A stretch of 63,755 nucleotides of DNA, counting the filler, from Choristocarpus tenellus KU-1152 (Eukaryota; Protista; Phaeophyceae), in NCBI GenBank assembly GCA_964200185.2. It is 12 parts of 12 records of this genome, joined end to end, with 100 filler letters (N's around TTAATTAATTAA, not from the genome) between each part and the next. Parts side by side here need not be neighbours in the genome. Positions count along the whole stretch, not along the records: positions 44,560 to 52,390 come from CAXNAD020005516.1; positions 52,491 to 59,776 come from CAXNAD020006405.1; positions 59,877 to 63,755 come from CAXNAD020017412.1; 9 more parts are not named here. One strand, written 5' to 3'. The position numbers and the translations under genes are program-made. The first letter of the stretch is position 1. Each line of letters begins with the position of its first letter. Positions 52,216 to 61,661 of the stretch are shown piece by piece. Under the pieces are notes generated by a model. It was not told where the DNA came from, made no database searches, and saw only the letters and a list, made by a program, of their open reading frames with translations.

Positions 52216-52390
52216 GACCCAAAGTATCTGGGGGGGGAGGGGGGTCTACACCAGGGTGTCCATTTGGGCAAAAATCAGGAAAAGTACATTTACAATTATC
52301 CATTCGATGTGTGCAACCAAATAACCCAAAATTCGCAACATTAATAAATTGACCCCAAATGGACAGCCGCCACCCCCCTCCAGATACTCT
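52216..52390 (+). mobile_element. MITE family A nested in B
   Basis: GACCCAAAGTATCTGGG ... CCAGATACT at the contig end. Confidence 0.92.
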
Positions 52391-52490
52391 NNNNNNNNNN
52401 NNNNNNNNNNNNNNNNNNNNNNNNNNNNNNNNNNTTAATTAATTAANNNNNNNNNNNNNNNNNNNNNNNNNNNNNNNNNNNNNNNNNNNN
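52391..52490. other. Artificial contig linker
   Basis: N44-TTAATTAATTAA-N44. Confidence 0.98.
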
Positions 52491-52499
52491 GACACAACC

Positions 52500-52679
52500 A
52501 AAGGGGGGGGGGGGGGGGGGGAGGGTCTACACCAGGGTGTCCATTTGGGCCATAACCAGGAAAAGTGCACTTGCATTATCCATCCGACGTATACAACCAA
52601 ATCATCCAAAATTCACGACATAAAAAAATTGACCCCAAATGGACAGCCGCCACCCCTCCCTCCCCAGATACTTTGAGTC
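52500..52679 (+). mobile_element. MITE family A (left end garbled in poly-G)
   Basis: GGGTCTACACCAGGGTGTCCATTTGG ... CCCCAGATACTTTGAGTC. Confidence 0.9.
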
Positions 52680-52689
52680 GTTTCCTCTT

Positions 52690-53385
52690 GTGAACCCAAT
52701 GTTACACTGTAAATTTGCAGTGTTGGATATGGAGCTGGGTGTAGCGATCCTTTTCGATTGTCCAAGCTATGCAGCCGTACAGGAAGCAGAGTCTCGAGCA
52801 CATTGATGTTGAGCATCCGAATCTCTGGCTCATTCGGTACACCCAGTGCTGGCCAACATATCTCTTTGCTGCACCTTCTCGAAACGCCCCCATCCCTTCT
52901 GAATACGAAGTTGGATCTCGGTGGTGATGTTGGCATTTTACTGAGCGAGCCTCCGAGATAGGCAAACTTGATAGCCTTCTGATGCTATTGCCCTCCAAAC
53001 CAATCTGTATTTCCAGTCTTGACTTGTTGGGGATGTGGAGGGACATAGTCTCCATCTTTTCCTCTGAGGCGGTCAGTTCAAATGTCTTACACACTGTGAT
53101 GACGATGATCATCTTTCTGGTCAAACTCTCTTGAGTCATTGACACAATGCCTGCATCATCAGCATACAGCATCATACACCACAGTAGTGGAAATTGTCAA
53201 GGCGTCTCTTGATGTCCTGGTATTTCTTCTTGTGTAACTTGACGTAGACAAAATCTTCTTTAGGGATACACCATTCGGTGCTAAACTTCTCTAGTACTAT
53301 GGTAAGCACTATAGAAAAAAAGAGATTGAGCAGCAATGGGTCGACAACACACCCTTAAAGGAGGCCTTGTTCAACTGGCCTCTGC
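52690..53385 (-). mobile_element. Decayed non-LTR (RTE-like LINE) reverse transcriptase
   Basis: EQGLL*GCVVDPLLLNLFF (QG motif), MLYADDAGIVS and FELTASEEKMETM; stops and frameshifts. Confidence 0.9.
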
Positions 53386-53911
53386 ACATTATCCGTTGTA
53401 ACCGATTTTTTTTTCACATCGTACACAAACTTACTTTTCCGTGTTAGATTAGCACCACTGGTGGCATCAATTTGACATATAGTTGTTTCTGTCCCTGAAA
53501 TCAAAATGGGAAGACACCATGACATCCTACTTTTAACTACTATAACTTGGCGTGGTTACTTAGGGTTCTCCACACACGGAAGGGAGGGCAGCCATTTTAA
53601 CCTCACAATATACGCAAGTGTGATTTGTAAACTATTTGGGCTGGAGTCTCTTGCTTGGTTTGATATTTGTCATGGCGAGACATTCCCAAGGAGAGGTGAG
53701 GGTGGGTGGTGAGGAGGAAATGGATAGGTCCGAACGCCTTATCGCAAACTGGAATCTCGAGCGAAATGGGCAAGAGCGGGAGCGGAAGTGGATGCTTGGC
53801 GTGGTGAGGTGAGTGCTTTCCTACTGTTCTTTCTCCTAGGAACCTTTTGTGATAGGAAATGTAGTCCCAACGTAGGAAAGTCATGGAGTTGTTGAGACAC
53901 GTCCTACATCC

Positions 53912-56221
53912 TTGGAACATCTCCAAGAGGACGCATGGTTCCATGTCCCCCCACTGCTCGCCCTAGAAAAGGAGCATAACGTTGACCTTTTTCCTCGCAA
54001 CAATCTGATCTTATATCTCGAAATGGTGTTTTGCAGAGAGTGTGAGCGTGTAACCACGCCAGGGCGGAACGGTGCATGCCGTCGAATTGCCGCCTCTGAG
54101 CGACGCTCCCGGACCCCAACGAATATCCATAGATCTACATCAATGCAATCAGAAGCCTACATGGCTACAGCTCCGAATTTTGGACATCATACCCTTGCCA
54201 GATCGCGAGTGAGGGGAATGTACAAACCAGAAACCTCGGCCTATGAGGGAAGAGAAGGCGACTGTTTCTCCGAGGAACAGCAGGTAAATGTGCAGAATTG
54301 CACCAGAACCATGTCTCCCAGTGACCCAGCGGAGAAAAATCAAAGCAACTCGGCCTTGAGCCTTGGTAGTATTCACTTTGAGATGGAGAGGAAATCCTGG
54401 CTTAGAGGAGAACCTTCGAACATACAGGTACCCAGCACCCCTGCCACCTCGCCTATAAGGCCATGGGCAATTTGGGACGAAGAATTAGAAAACAGGGATC
54501 CTTCATATCCAGTTCAAGGACATCATCATAGCAGGGTGGGGCTTGGACCAGGACCGAGTCCGGTGGGGAGGACAGGGATGGAGACATGGTCTGGGCGGTT
54601 ATGGGATGTTAAGGAAAGGGTGACAGGAGCTTCATCAACTATACTTCACCAGCGGAGTTATTCCTCATTATCAGAAAGCAGTAGTTGTGGTCGCTGCAAT
54701 TATGATGATAGGCAAGTGAACAGAGGCAGAATGGGGATGAGGATGAGGTCAGATACTTCAAGAATGTCCCATGAAACTTACGAGGGTGAAACTTATGAGG
54801 GGACTGAGAGGCTTCTGGAATCAGACTACCACTCGCACACTGACAGGGAAGGAGGAAGACCTGATAATGAGGGAGAGGATTGCCGCAGGCGACAGGTTTG
54901 GAAAAGTATTCTTGGAGATGGATTCTCTCCGCATTGGCTGGTCTTGGCACTTTTTCTGGCCACTCTAGCAATTATCACAATTGCATCAGGACTGTTTGCC
55001 TCTCCACAGTCTCCTTCACCCTCCAGACAGAAGTCATTTAGCCTGCCGAAAGCTGCCCTCGAGAGAGGTTCAGAAGATGCAAGACCTGACGGTCGAAGCA
55101 CCCAGAGAAGCAGGAGCAGAATAGACAGTAAATGTGTCGGAAATCCACCTGGTCAACCTACGGCTTGGACTGCAGGGGCTTCAGTCGACAGCGTAGAGAC
55201 AGCAGCTGTAGCAGGGGTGGGTGCACAGTGCAATTGCGCCACCGGTGGTGACAGGAGAAGCTGCTGCGGCTGTAGTGGTGATGGCTGTGTTGTTGAAAGT
55301 GGACGGGGTGTCGACCTTTCCCAACCAAGGACGGCTAAAGGAGATGAGGGGAGGGCAAGTGATAGCCAGGATAATGATGGGTATATGTGGACTTCGAGTC
55401 AGGGGAGACACGGGCACTACTGCGAGCACTTAGGCAGTGACCTCACAGCTTCAGGACTCACAGAGTCATTTCCCAGTCTATTTTGCTCCGGAGGTGATGG
55501 CGGGAGGGGCTGTAGCAAAGGTGACAAGTTTGTCAGAGGGGCATGTTGGCGTGTAAGTGTGGAAGGAAGGGACCTGCCGCTATCCTTGACAGGCGTATAC
55601 CAACTTGTGGTTCCCACAGGAAAATTTCCAGAAAAAACACACCACCACAGGGCGCAAGATGAAACGTACACCCCGCTGCTACCTATACAGTCAGGGTTGC
55701 TCCCAAGTCACTACTGGGAGAGGAGAAGGCAAGGTGTTGAGCAGGGAAAGATCCTTGATATGCGAATGCAGAGAGAGGGAGGGGCGCAAGGAGTTGACAA
55801 TCCCAACTCTGGGTTTTTGTCGAGCGAAGGACTGTTGCCTGGTCCCACGCCTAAATCTCTGATTCAAGAAGAGACCTCTCCACGCTCCTCACCCACCTCG
55901 CCCTCAGAGCATTCACTAGAAGTGTCGCGATTTCTCTACTGGGACGGTGCTGCAGGGGGACACTTTGTCCTCGATGATGACATTTCATTGGCCAATGGTG
56001 TGCTGGGTTACATGGAGAGAAACATTGCGGAGGGTGAAGCCTCATCAGCTTTCGGGAGGGGGCCAGTCCCGACCCAGAAGCAGGATTCTGTTGCCCATTC
56101 TGCTTCTGGTAGCAGAGTCGCTGGGGAGACCTGGATGCTAGACTCCCCACGGCTGCAGGAATGGGTTACTGTGGATGACGTCTATGTGACCTGCTTGGAG
56201 GGTTTTGCTGGAGATTTGTAA
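53912..56221 (+). CDS. Hypothetical single-pass membrane protein, one very large exon (true start uncertain)
   Basis: 769 open codons; TM WLVLALFLATLAIITIASGLFA near 54935-55000; Cys/Gly-rich and Trp-containing C-terminal part. First in-frame ATG is 54023, and a possible acceptor lies at 54036. Confidence 0.8.
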   Translation: MEHLQEDAWFHVPPLLALEKEHNVDLFPRNNLILYLEMVFCRECERVTTPGRNGACRRIAASERRSRTPTNIHRSTSMQSEAYMATAPNFGHHTLARSRVRGMYKPETSAYEGREGDCFSEEQQVNVQNCTRTMSPSDPAEKNQSNSALSLGSIHFEMERKSWLRGEPSNIQVPSTPATSPIRPWAIWDEELENRDPSYPVQGHHHSRVGLGPGPSPVGRTGMETWSGRLWDVKERVTGASSTILHQRSYSSLSESSSCGRCNYDDRQVNRGRMGMRMRSDTSRMSHETYEGETYEGTERLLESDYHSHTDREGGRPDNEGEDCRRRQVWKSILGDGFSPHWLVLALFLATLAIITIASGLFASPQSPSPSRQKSFSLPKAALERGSEDARPDGRSTQRSRSRIDSKCVGNPPGQPTAWTAGASVDSVETAAVAGVGAQCNCATGGDRRSCCGCSGDGCVVESGRGVDLSQPRTAKGDEGRASDSQDNDGYMWTSSQGRHGHYCEHLGSDLTASGLTESFPSLFCSGGDGGRGCSKGDKFVRGACWRVSVEGRDLPLSLTGVYQLVVPTGKFPEKTHHHRAQDETYTPLLPIQSGLLPSHYWERRRQGVEQGKILDMRMQREGGAQGVDNPNSGFLSSEGLLPGPTPKSLIQEETSPRSSPTSPSEHSLEVSRFLYWDGAAGGHFVLDDDISLANGVLGYMERNIAEGEASSAFGRGPVPTQKQDSVAHSASGSRVAGETWMLDSPRLQEWVTVDDVYVTCLEGFAGDL

Positions 56222-56470
56222 GGCCGCTATGTCTGAGGTGTTGTCTTCAATTCAGCTTGTATAAAGTTGTTTAGATGTGTACATTGGTGATTGAGAGGAT
56301 GGCAGTTTTTCTGGGCATGTACATTATGGTGGAAGAGCGCGGTCGTTTTTTTGGGGGGTATGTACATCGTGATGAGGAAATTGCGTGCGTTTTGTTTGAG
56401 GCATAGAACCTGCTGTACACTCACAATACGTAAATTTCAGGAACTTAGGAACTTGAATTGTTTTAGAATT

Positions 56471-56867
56471 TCAACATATTGAATCAACTGGTCTCGCCAA
56501 TTCATTGAGTCGATAAATGCTACTGATGGAGCATCTCAAATTAGTATTTGCTGGGCAGTCGCCTTCGAGTCTCTGCACTACAACTTGCCGCAATTGAAAC
56601 AAGTGCCTACGCCACTGCATCACCAAGTGTAAAATTTCGCTCATCATTGTCGTGAATCCTTGCACCACACCACCACCCGCAGATAACACGTACTTTTGAC
56701 AGACTGACCCTATCAAGCACTCAATTACAATGGCATCCGATTTCTCCTTCATGATGAATGAAACGAGGGGCACAAGCACAGAAATCAAGGAGCGGTCTTG
56801 GAGCAAGCTTCCCATCACACGGTTATCAAGTAGGTGGTGAAATGATATCTCTGTAGATGATCGTACC
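56471..56867 (-). CDS. Possible terminal exon of a convergent gene
   Basis: cgcag acceptor followed by about 131 open, helical-looking codons; no recognised motif. Confidence 0.3.
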
Positions 56868-58708
56868 TGCGAAGGCATGGTGGATAGGGACACTCCATGT
56901 GTGTACTGCTCTGGCCTGCGCTGCTTACTGTAGTACTAGCTAACCCCGCTGGCCTTCTGCAGGTCAGTGATCAATCGCCACATTCGAGATATGGGGTTAA
57001 TGAATAGACCTGCTTTGTGTCCAATATCCACTCCGACTTGGACCAGCACACTGCACATTGGCAAGTATATATATATATATATTCCAGGCCTTCCTGATTG
57101 TTCCCTCTTAACCCCAACAGACTAAAAGTACCAGCTGCTGATAGTAGTCTCTGTTGCAGTTACTACTTGACAGCGTGTACTTCTGATTTACTATTGGCGG
57201 AGGTTATCGTGCTACCCACGAAGGTTAAGACCATTTTTTGGTCGTGGTGGGGTGGGAAGAATGATTCAACAGCCATGAGGTGAATCCACAGAATGAGAAA
57301 ATGGGGCATTAGGTAGTCGGGTATGACACCAGGTTCAAGCTATGTATTTGACGGTACTATCTACATCTATCGCATGAACCCACGCCCAAATCGTGGTGGT
57401 TACTCAAGAGAGTTGTGATGAAAGGGTACTGATTTCTGGAGGAAGGCTGGGCTGTGAGAGAAGCACTGCCTACAATTAGAAGCACGCAGTGGAGTGAGTG
57501 GAGTGAGTGGAGTGATTGGAGGACGAAAATTTCTCCTTCCAAGAAACAGAAGTGGTGTAACTGTGTGTACTGTTGCAACCAACAGCAGCAGCAGTGACAT
57601 GTCTAACTGCCCAACAAATACTTCACTCTTACTTCTGTCCTGAACGTTCCGTGGCTTCACACTACTCTCAACTCTGCTCATTGTCCCAATCCCCCTTTCA
57701 AAGTCCTCCCGGTCCAACCTGCTTGCTTTGGTAGAAACAAGGTCAACAAAATCGTGTGTCCTTTAGGTAGGGTTTGCTAGACGCTTTCATGAGGATGTAT
57801 TCTTGTATTCCTCTCCCTACTTACTACTACTGCACCGAGTACATCCCACGTTTAAGACGCAGTGTGGGCTGAGATGAATTGGTTCGTATATCCTTACGCA
57901 ACAAATTTACATTGCCAGAATCTTGACAAGAGTGGTCGGGACAGGGAGGATTGATTGATGTGTCAGTTCTGAGGCTAGTTGGGAGTACTAATGTATGATG
58001 TTTCGCATTGCAGATTAATGTGACAGTGTTTGCAATTGGTTGCTTGTACCCTTTTGACCGCGAAGGACCTCAGGGCTGGTACCACTCTGGATCTGAGAAA
58101 AAGATAATGTATTTGGTAGTACAGCACTTTATACACAGCTTGGCGTAATCAAGAACCCTTACAGTAGTGATTCCAGAGTAACTGTGACTTGAGGACACAC
58201 ATTGTTATTTGTACCGCTAATAACGAGAAGTTGCACCAAATCGTTTCAACCTCGCACACTCTATCTGTATGTACTTTGAAGTGTGCGCTGGTTCATACCT
58301 TCAACAATTGAGTGCTCTTCTTAATACAGTACGCTCTTCTGCACTTGGGCTAACTTGTATACCTGCATGGTGTCAGCGCCAGGGTTGTTTTCTTCGCACC
58401 TTGTTTTTGGGACCCACTGGGCATTTGTTCATTGTTAGTAGTGTTTGGGGTTACTACAGTACTGTGTTTAGCATGCAGAAGAGCAGTAGTATTTTTGAGT
58501 ACAATCCTGGTCCCACGTTGACATGCTGGCGGTTCCGTGCTCCTAAAATGAGTTTCGTAAGTCATCATTATTTTTTAGGATCAAGATTTTTCTTTTTAGA
58601 ACAAATTCGTTTGTTTGAGAATAGTAATTCGTGTCGTAGTCGACAAGAAAAGAGTTCAGTTTGGAGAATTTTTTACATTTTGAGAGACAGGAATGCCTCT
58701 TTTGCAAG

Positions 58709-58737
58709 TTAGGGTTAGGGTTAGGGTTAGGGTTAGG
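58709..58737 (+). repeat. Interstitial telomeric-type (TTAGGG)n
   Basis: About 5 units; shorter tracts near 19795, 36252, 37350 and 39386. Confidence 0.9.
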
Positions 58738-59327
58738 ATCATCGCAAGGTCCCACTGGAGCAGTTGGCATAAGCAGAAGTTGTCCCTACAGCATATTGAC
58801 ATTCCGTAGAGTTGATGGTGTGAGAGGTGATTTGAATGATGCACTCACGTGGTGGTGAGAAAGGGCCTTCATCCTTTCCACACTTGGCCAAACATACCCA
58901 CTGTGTTTTGGCTGTTGCCACTTCTCAGTCAGACTTGAACAGGATTGTGTCTTATCATCACCTGGAAACATTGCAGTATTGCAACCGCCAAAATAAATAA
59001 AGTGGATAACGACAATGTGCAGCATCTGCCTGAAGGTGCATGCAGGGCATATGCTTGCCAAGGATGCCAATAAGGCAGGTAGCGGCCACCTGAAGGCCAG
59101 AGGAATCCAGCCGTAGCATCAACAGTCTGTAGCCGCTGCAAACTATTCGCTAAAACTTGGGATTCCTAGTGCTACTAGTTTTGGAATTAGAGCTGTATTG
59201 TTTGTTCCTCTTTTCTTATTTTTTCAATGTCTTCAAAAAGCAGCAAAACAGCTGCTGCTGCTGCTGCTTGTGCAGTTGTGTCTTTCTGTTCTAATTGTAC
59301 CATGAGTTCTAAGCAATACAGGCTTTA

Positions 59328-59430
59328 GGGTCAAAGTATCTGGGGGGGGGTGCCGGCGTCCGTTTTTGACCAGGGTCAGCCATCGGTTTTTAGTGTGTTT
59401 GCTGCGCTTTGTAGTATGCACCTTCTCTCC
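59328..59430. mobile_element. A-like MITE variant, interrupted by C
   Basis: GGGTCAAAGTATCTGGGGGGGGGTGCCGGCGTCCGTTT, then diverges from family A. Confidence 0.65.
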
Positions 59431-59538
59431 GATCCAAAGTGAACGAGAGGTACCCAGGGTTGCATTTTTAAGGATGCTGACGATATTGTGCAAAAATGGG
59501 CTTTTTTTCAAACGTGTGTAGGATTTTTTTTTAAATTT
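59431..59538 (+). mobile_element. MITE family C left part, interrupted by B
   Basis: GATCCAAAGTGAACGAGAGGTACCCAGGGTTGCATTTT, collinear with 29044 onward. Confidence 0.85.
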
Positions 59539-59776
59539 GAGTGAAAGTATCTTAGAGGGTACGAGTTTTGCCCTGTTTGTCCATTTGGGGCTTGGCTTCC
59601 CACAGGGTTTTTTATGACATTACCCTACTCCAAAATGTTTCGGAGTGGGTAAAATGTATACGTTATGAAAAGGTGTGTCCAGAACAAGGATATTGACACT
59701 CCCTAACAAACACGATAGCCAAAATTACATCAAAATCGCAACAATGGATTTCGGCCCCCAAATGGACGCGGCTCTA
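59539..59776 (+). mobile_element. MITE family B nested in C
   Basis: GAGTGAAAGTATCTTAGAGGGTACGAG ... CAAATGGACGCGGCTCTA at the contig end. Confidence 0.92.
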
Positions 59777-59876
59777 NNNNNNNNNNNNNNNNNNNNNNNN
59801 NNNNNNNNNNNNNNNNNNNNTTAATTAATTAANNNNNNNNNNNNNNNNNNNNNNNNNNNNNNNNNNNNNNNNNNNN
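59777..59876. other. Artificial contig linker
   Basis: N44-TTAATTAATTAA-N44. Confidence 0.98.
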
Positions 59877-61388
59877 CCCTCTTGCTACTGTCTCCCTCAA
59901 CAGATCGTAAACGTTTGGTATCGCCAGGGCCACCTTCCCGTGCCCATCTTGTGGTGCAGGGTGGAAATCACCAGCAGAACACGTGTACATACATACAGAC
60001 ACGAAGGCAGGGGAAGGAGAAGAAATAGTGTGGGGGGGAGGGTGAGGAGGCAGGTTGGGGGGCAGGGGGATATAATACGTTTTCTCCCTACTGAGGTGTT
60101 TTTGTACAAGCTGAAAATTATTGTGTACGGCTACTGGTCACTGGCAGGGGGGGATCACGCCTGACTTAATTCTGTTGGAAGTTTGTGAATCAAAATAATT
60201 CCACGACATTGAACAAATTGACCCCAAACAATTTCGTCAACTCAACTCAATTGAATTGAATTGAATTGAGATGGTGTAGCCATGAGGAATCAATGAACGC
60301 CACAGGAATATCTAGAGTGGATCACACAGATAGCGTAGGAGCAATAAAACAATAAAACCGATCCGAATGTTTTCATTATGGTATTGGGTATTTTCAATGT
60401 TGTGTATGGACATGGCCAATTATTATCCATTTATATATAACCTTGAGGGGGAGAGGAGAGAACAAGCAACGATAGCCTTAGGTGGGCCTTGGCATTACAA
60501 TATTGTTCACAACCTCTCCATCACAGGACTAGGAGATGTAGATTACTTGGGTAAAAGAAATCTTTCAGCACCACATTCAAGAAGAGGTAACTCAAGAGTA
60601 GGTGGTCTAAAAATCAAATACAATATGACATGAGTAACCAGCCCATCAATCCATTGACAAAACTGGGACAGGTGGTCTGAGATGGGCAATTACCAGTGAA
60701 GGAAGGATTCTACCCAAGACAAAAGAAATCTCAGTGTACTGTTTGCAATTTCCGTCATCTCCCTCCCTCAAAAAGAGTCAAATCTTGCGAGGGAGGGAAT
60801 GACAGGTCCTCTATGTCTCTCGCCAAACAAAAACAGTAACACCAACAACTAGGAGATATAATACAATGCAAAAATAGCCTATATATCCCTAACCCTACGT
60901 CACCAGAATAGAATCATTTTTTTGCAAAATTGCACCATAACACAAACTCCATCTCAACACCCCCCCCGCCCCGCCCCCCTTACCTCCCAGCCTTTGTCCT
61001 TGTCCCATGCCCACTGCATTCCTGATCTTCTACCTCTACTTCCCTTCTCGTTGTTGCCATTGCCCTCTCCCCGCCCCTTCGCTGTAGCGATTGTCTCATC
61101 ACTTGACCTACACCACCAACCCCCGCACTCATACCCGAAGTCCTCTCTGCCCACAGTTGACTTGCCGACGGGGGGGGGGGGGGATCCCTCTTCCCACCCA
61201 AAGTAGAAGAGCGCCCAAGGTTGCTGCATATTTTTTTTAGGGTTTGGGAACACAGTTGCGAAGTGAATGAAGTAAACAAGTCCACCACAGATAGTTTGTT
61301 GGATGGTACTAATAGCTTTCATACATGCCTGAGAGTGCGCGAGAAGTGCTATTGAATTGCTGAGGTTGGGTGCTGATAAAGGGGTGAA

Positions 61389-61554
61389 GGGGGGGGGGGG
61401 GGGAACAAAGCAAGGACAAAAGGGACACTGAAAAGGGAGAAGAGAATTGGGAAAAAGTGGGGGGGAACACAGGCAGGTNNNNNNNNNNAAGTGAAACCTG
61501 GAGGGAGGGGGGGGGGGGGGGGAAAGGCTATGGGGAGGGGGGGGGGGGGGGGGG

Positions 61555-61585
<31 letters not shown>

Positions 61586-61661
61586 GAACAAAGCAAGGAC
61601 AAAATGGACACTGAAAATGGAGAAGAGTATTCGGTAAAAGTTGGGGGGAACACAGGCAGGT
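61389..61661. repeat. About 80-bp duplicate flanking a 10-N gap, with poly-G tracts (likely assembly artefact)
   Basis: GGAACAAAGCAAGGACAAAA...CACAGGCAGGT on both sides of N at 61479-61488; differences are mostly T or C to G or A. Confidence 0.75.

Noticed and set aside
58709-58737. True chromosome end
   Set aside because: Only about 5 units, flanked by ordinary sequence on both sides.
7593-59876. Recurring TTAATTAATTAA palindrome as a biological motif
   Set aside because: Always centred in exactly 44+44 Ns; it is a contig-joining linker.
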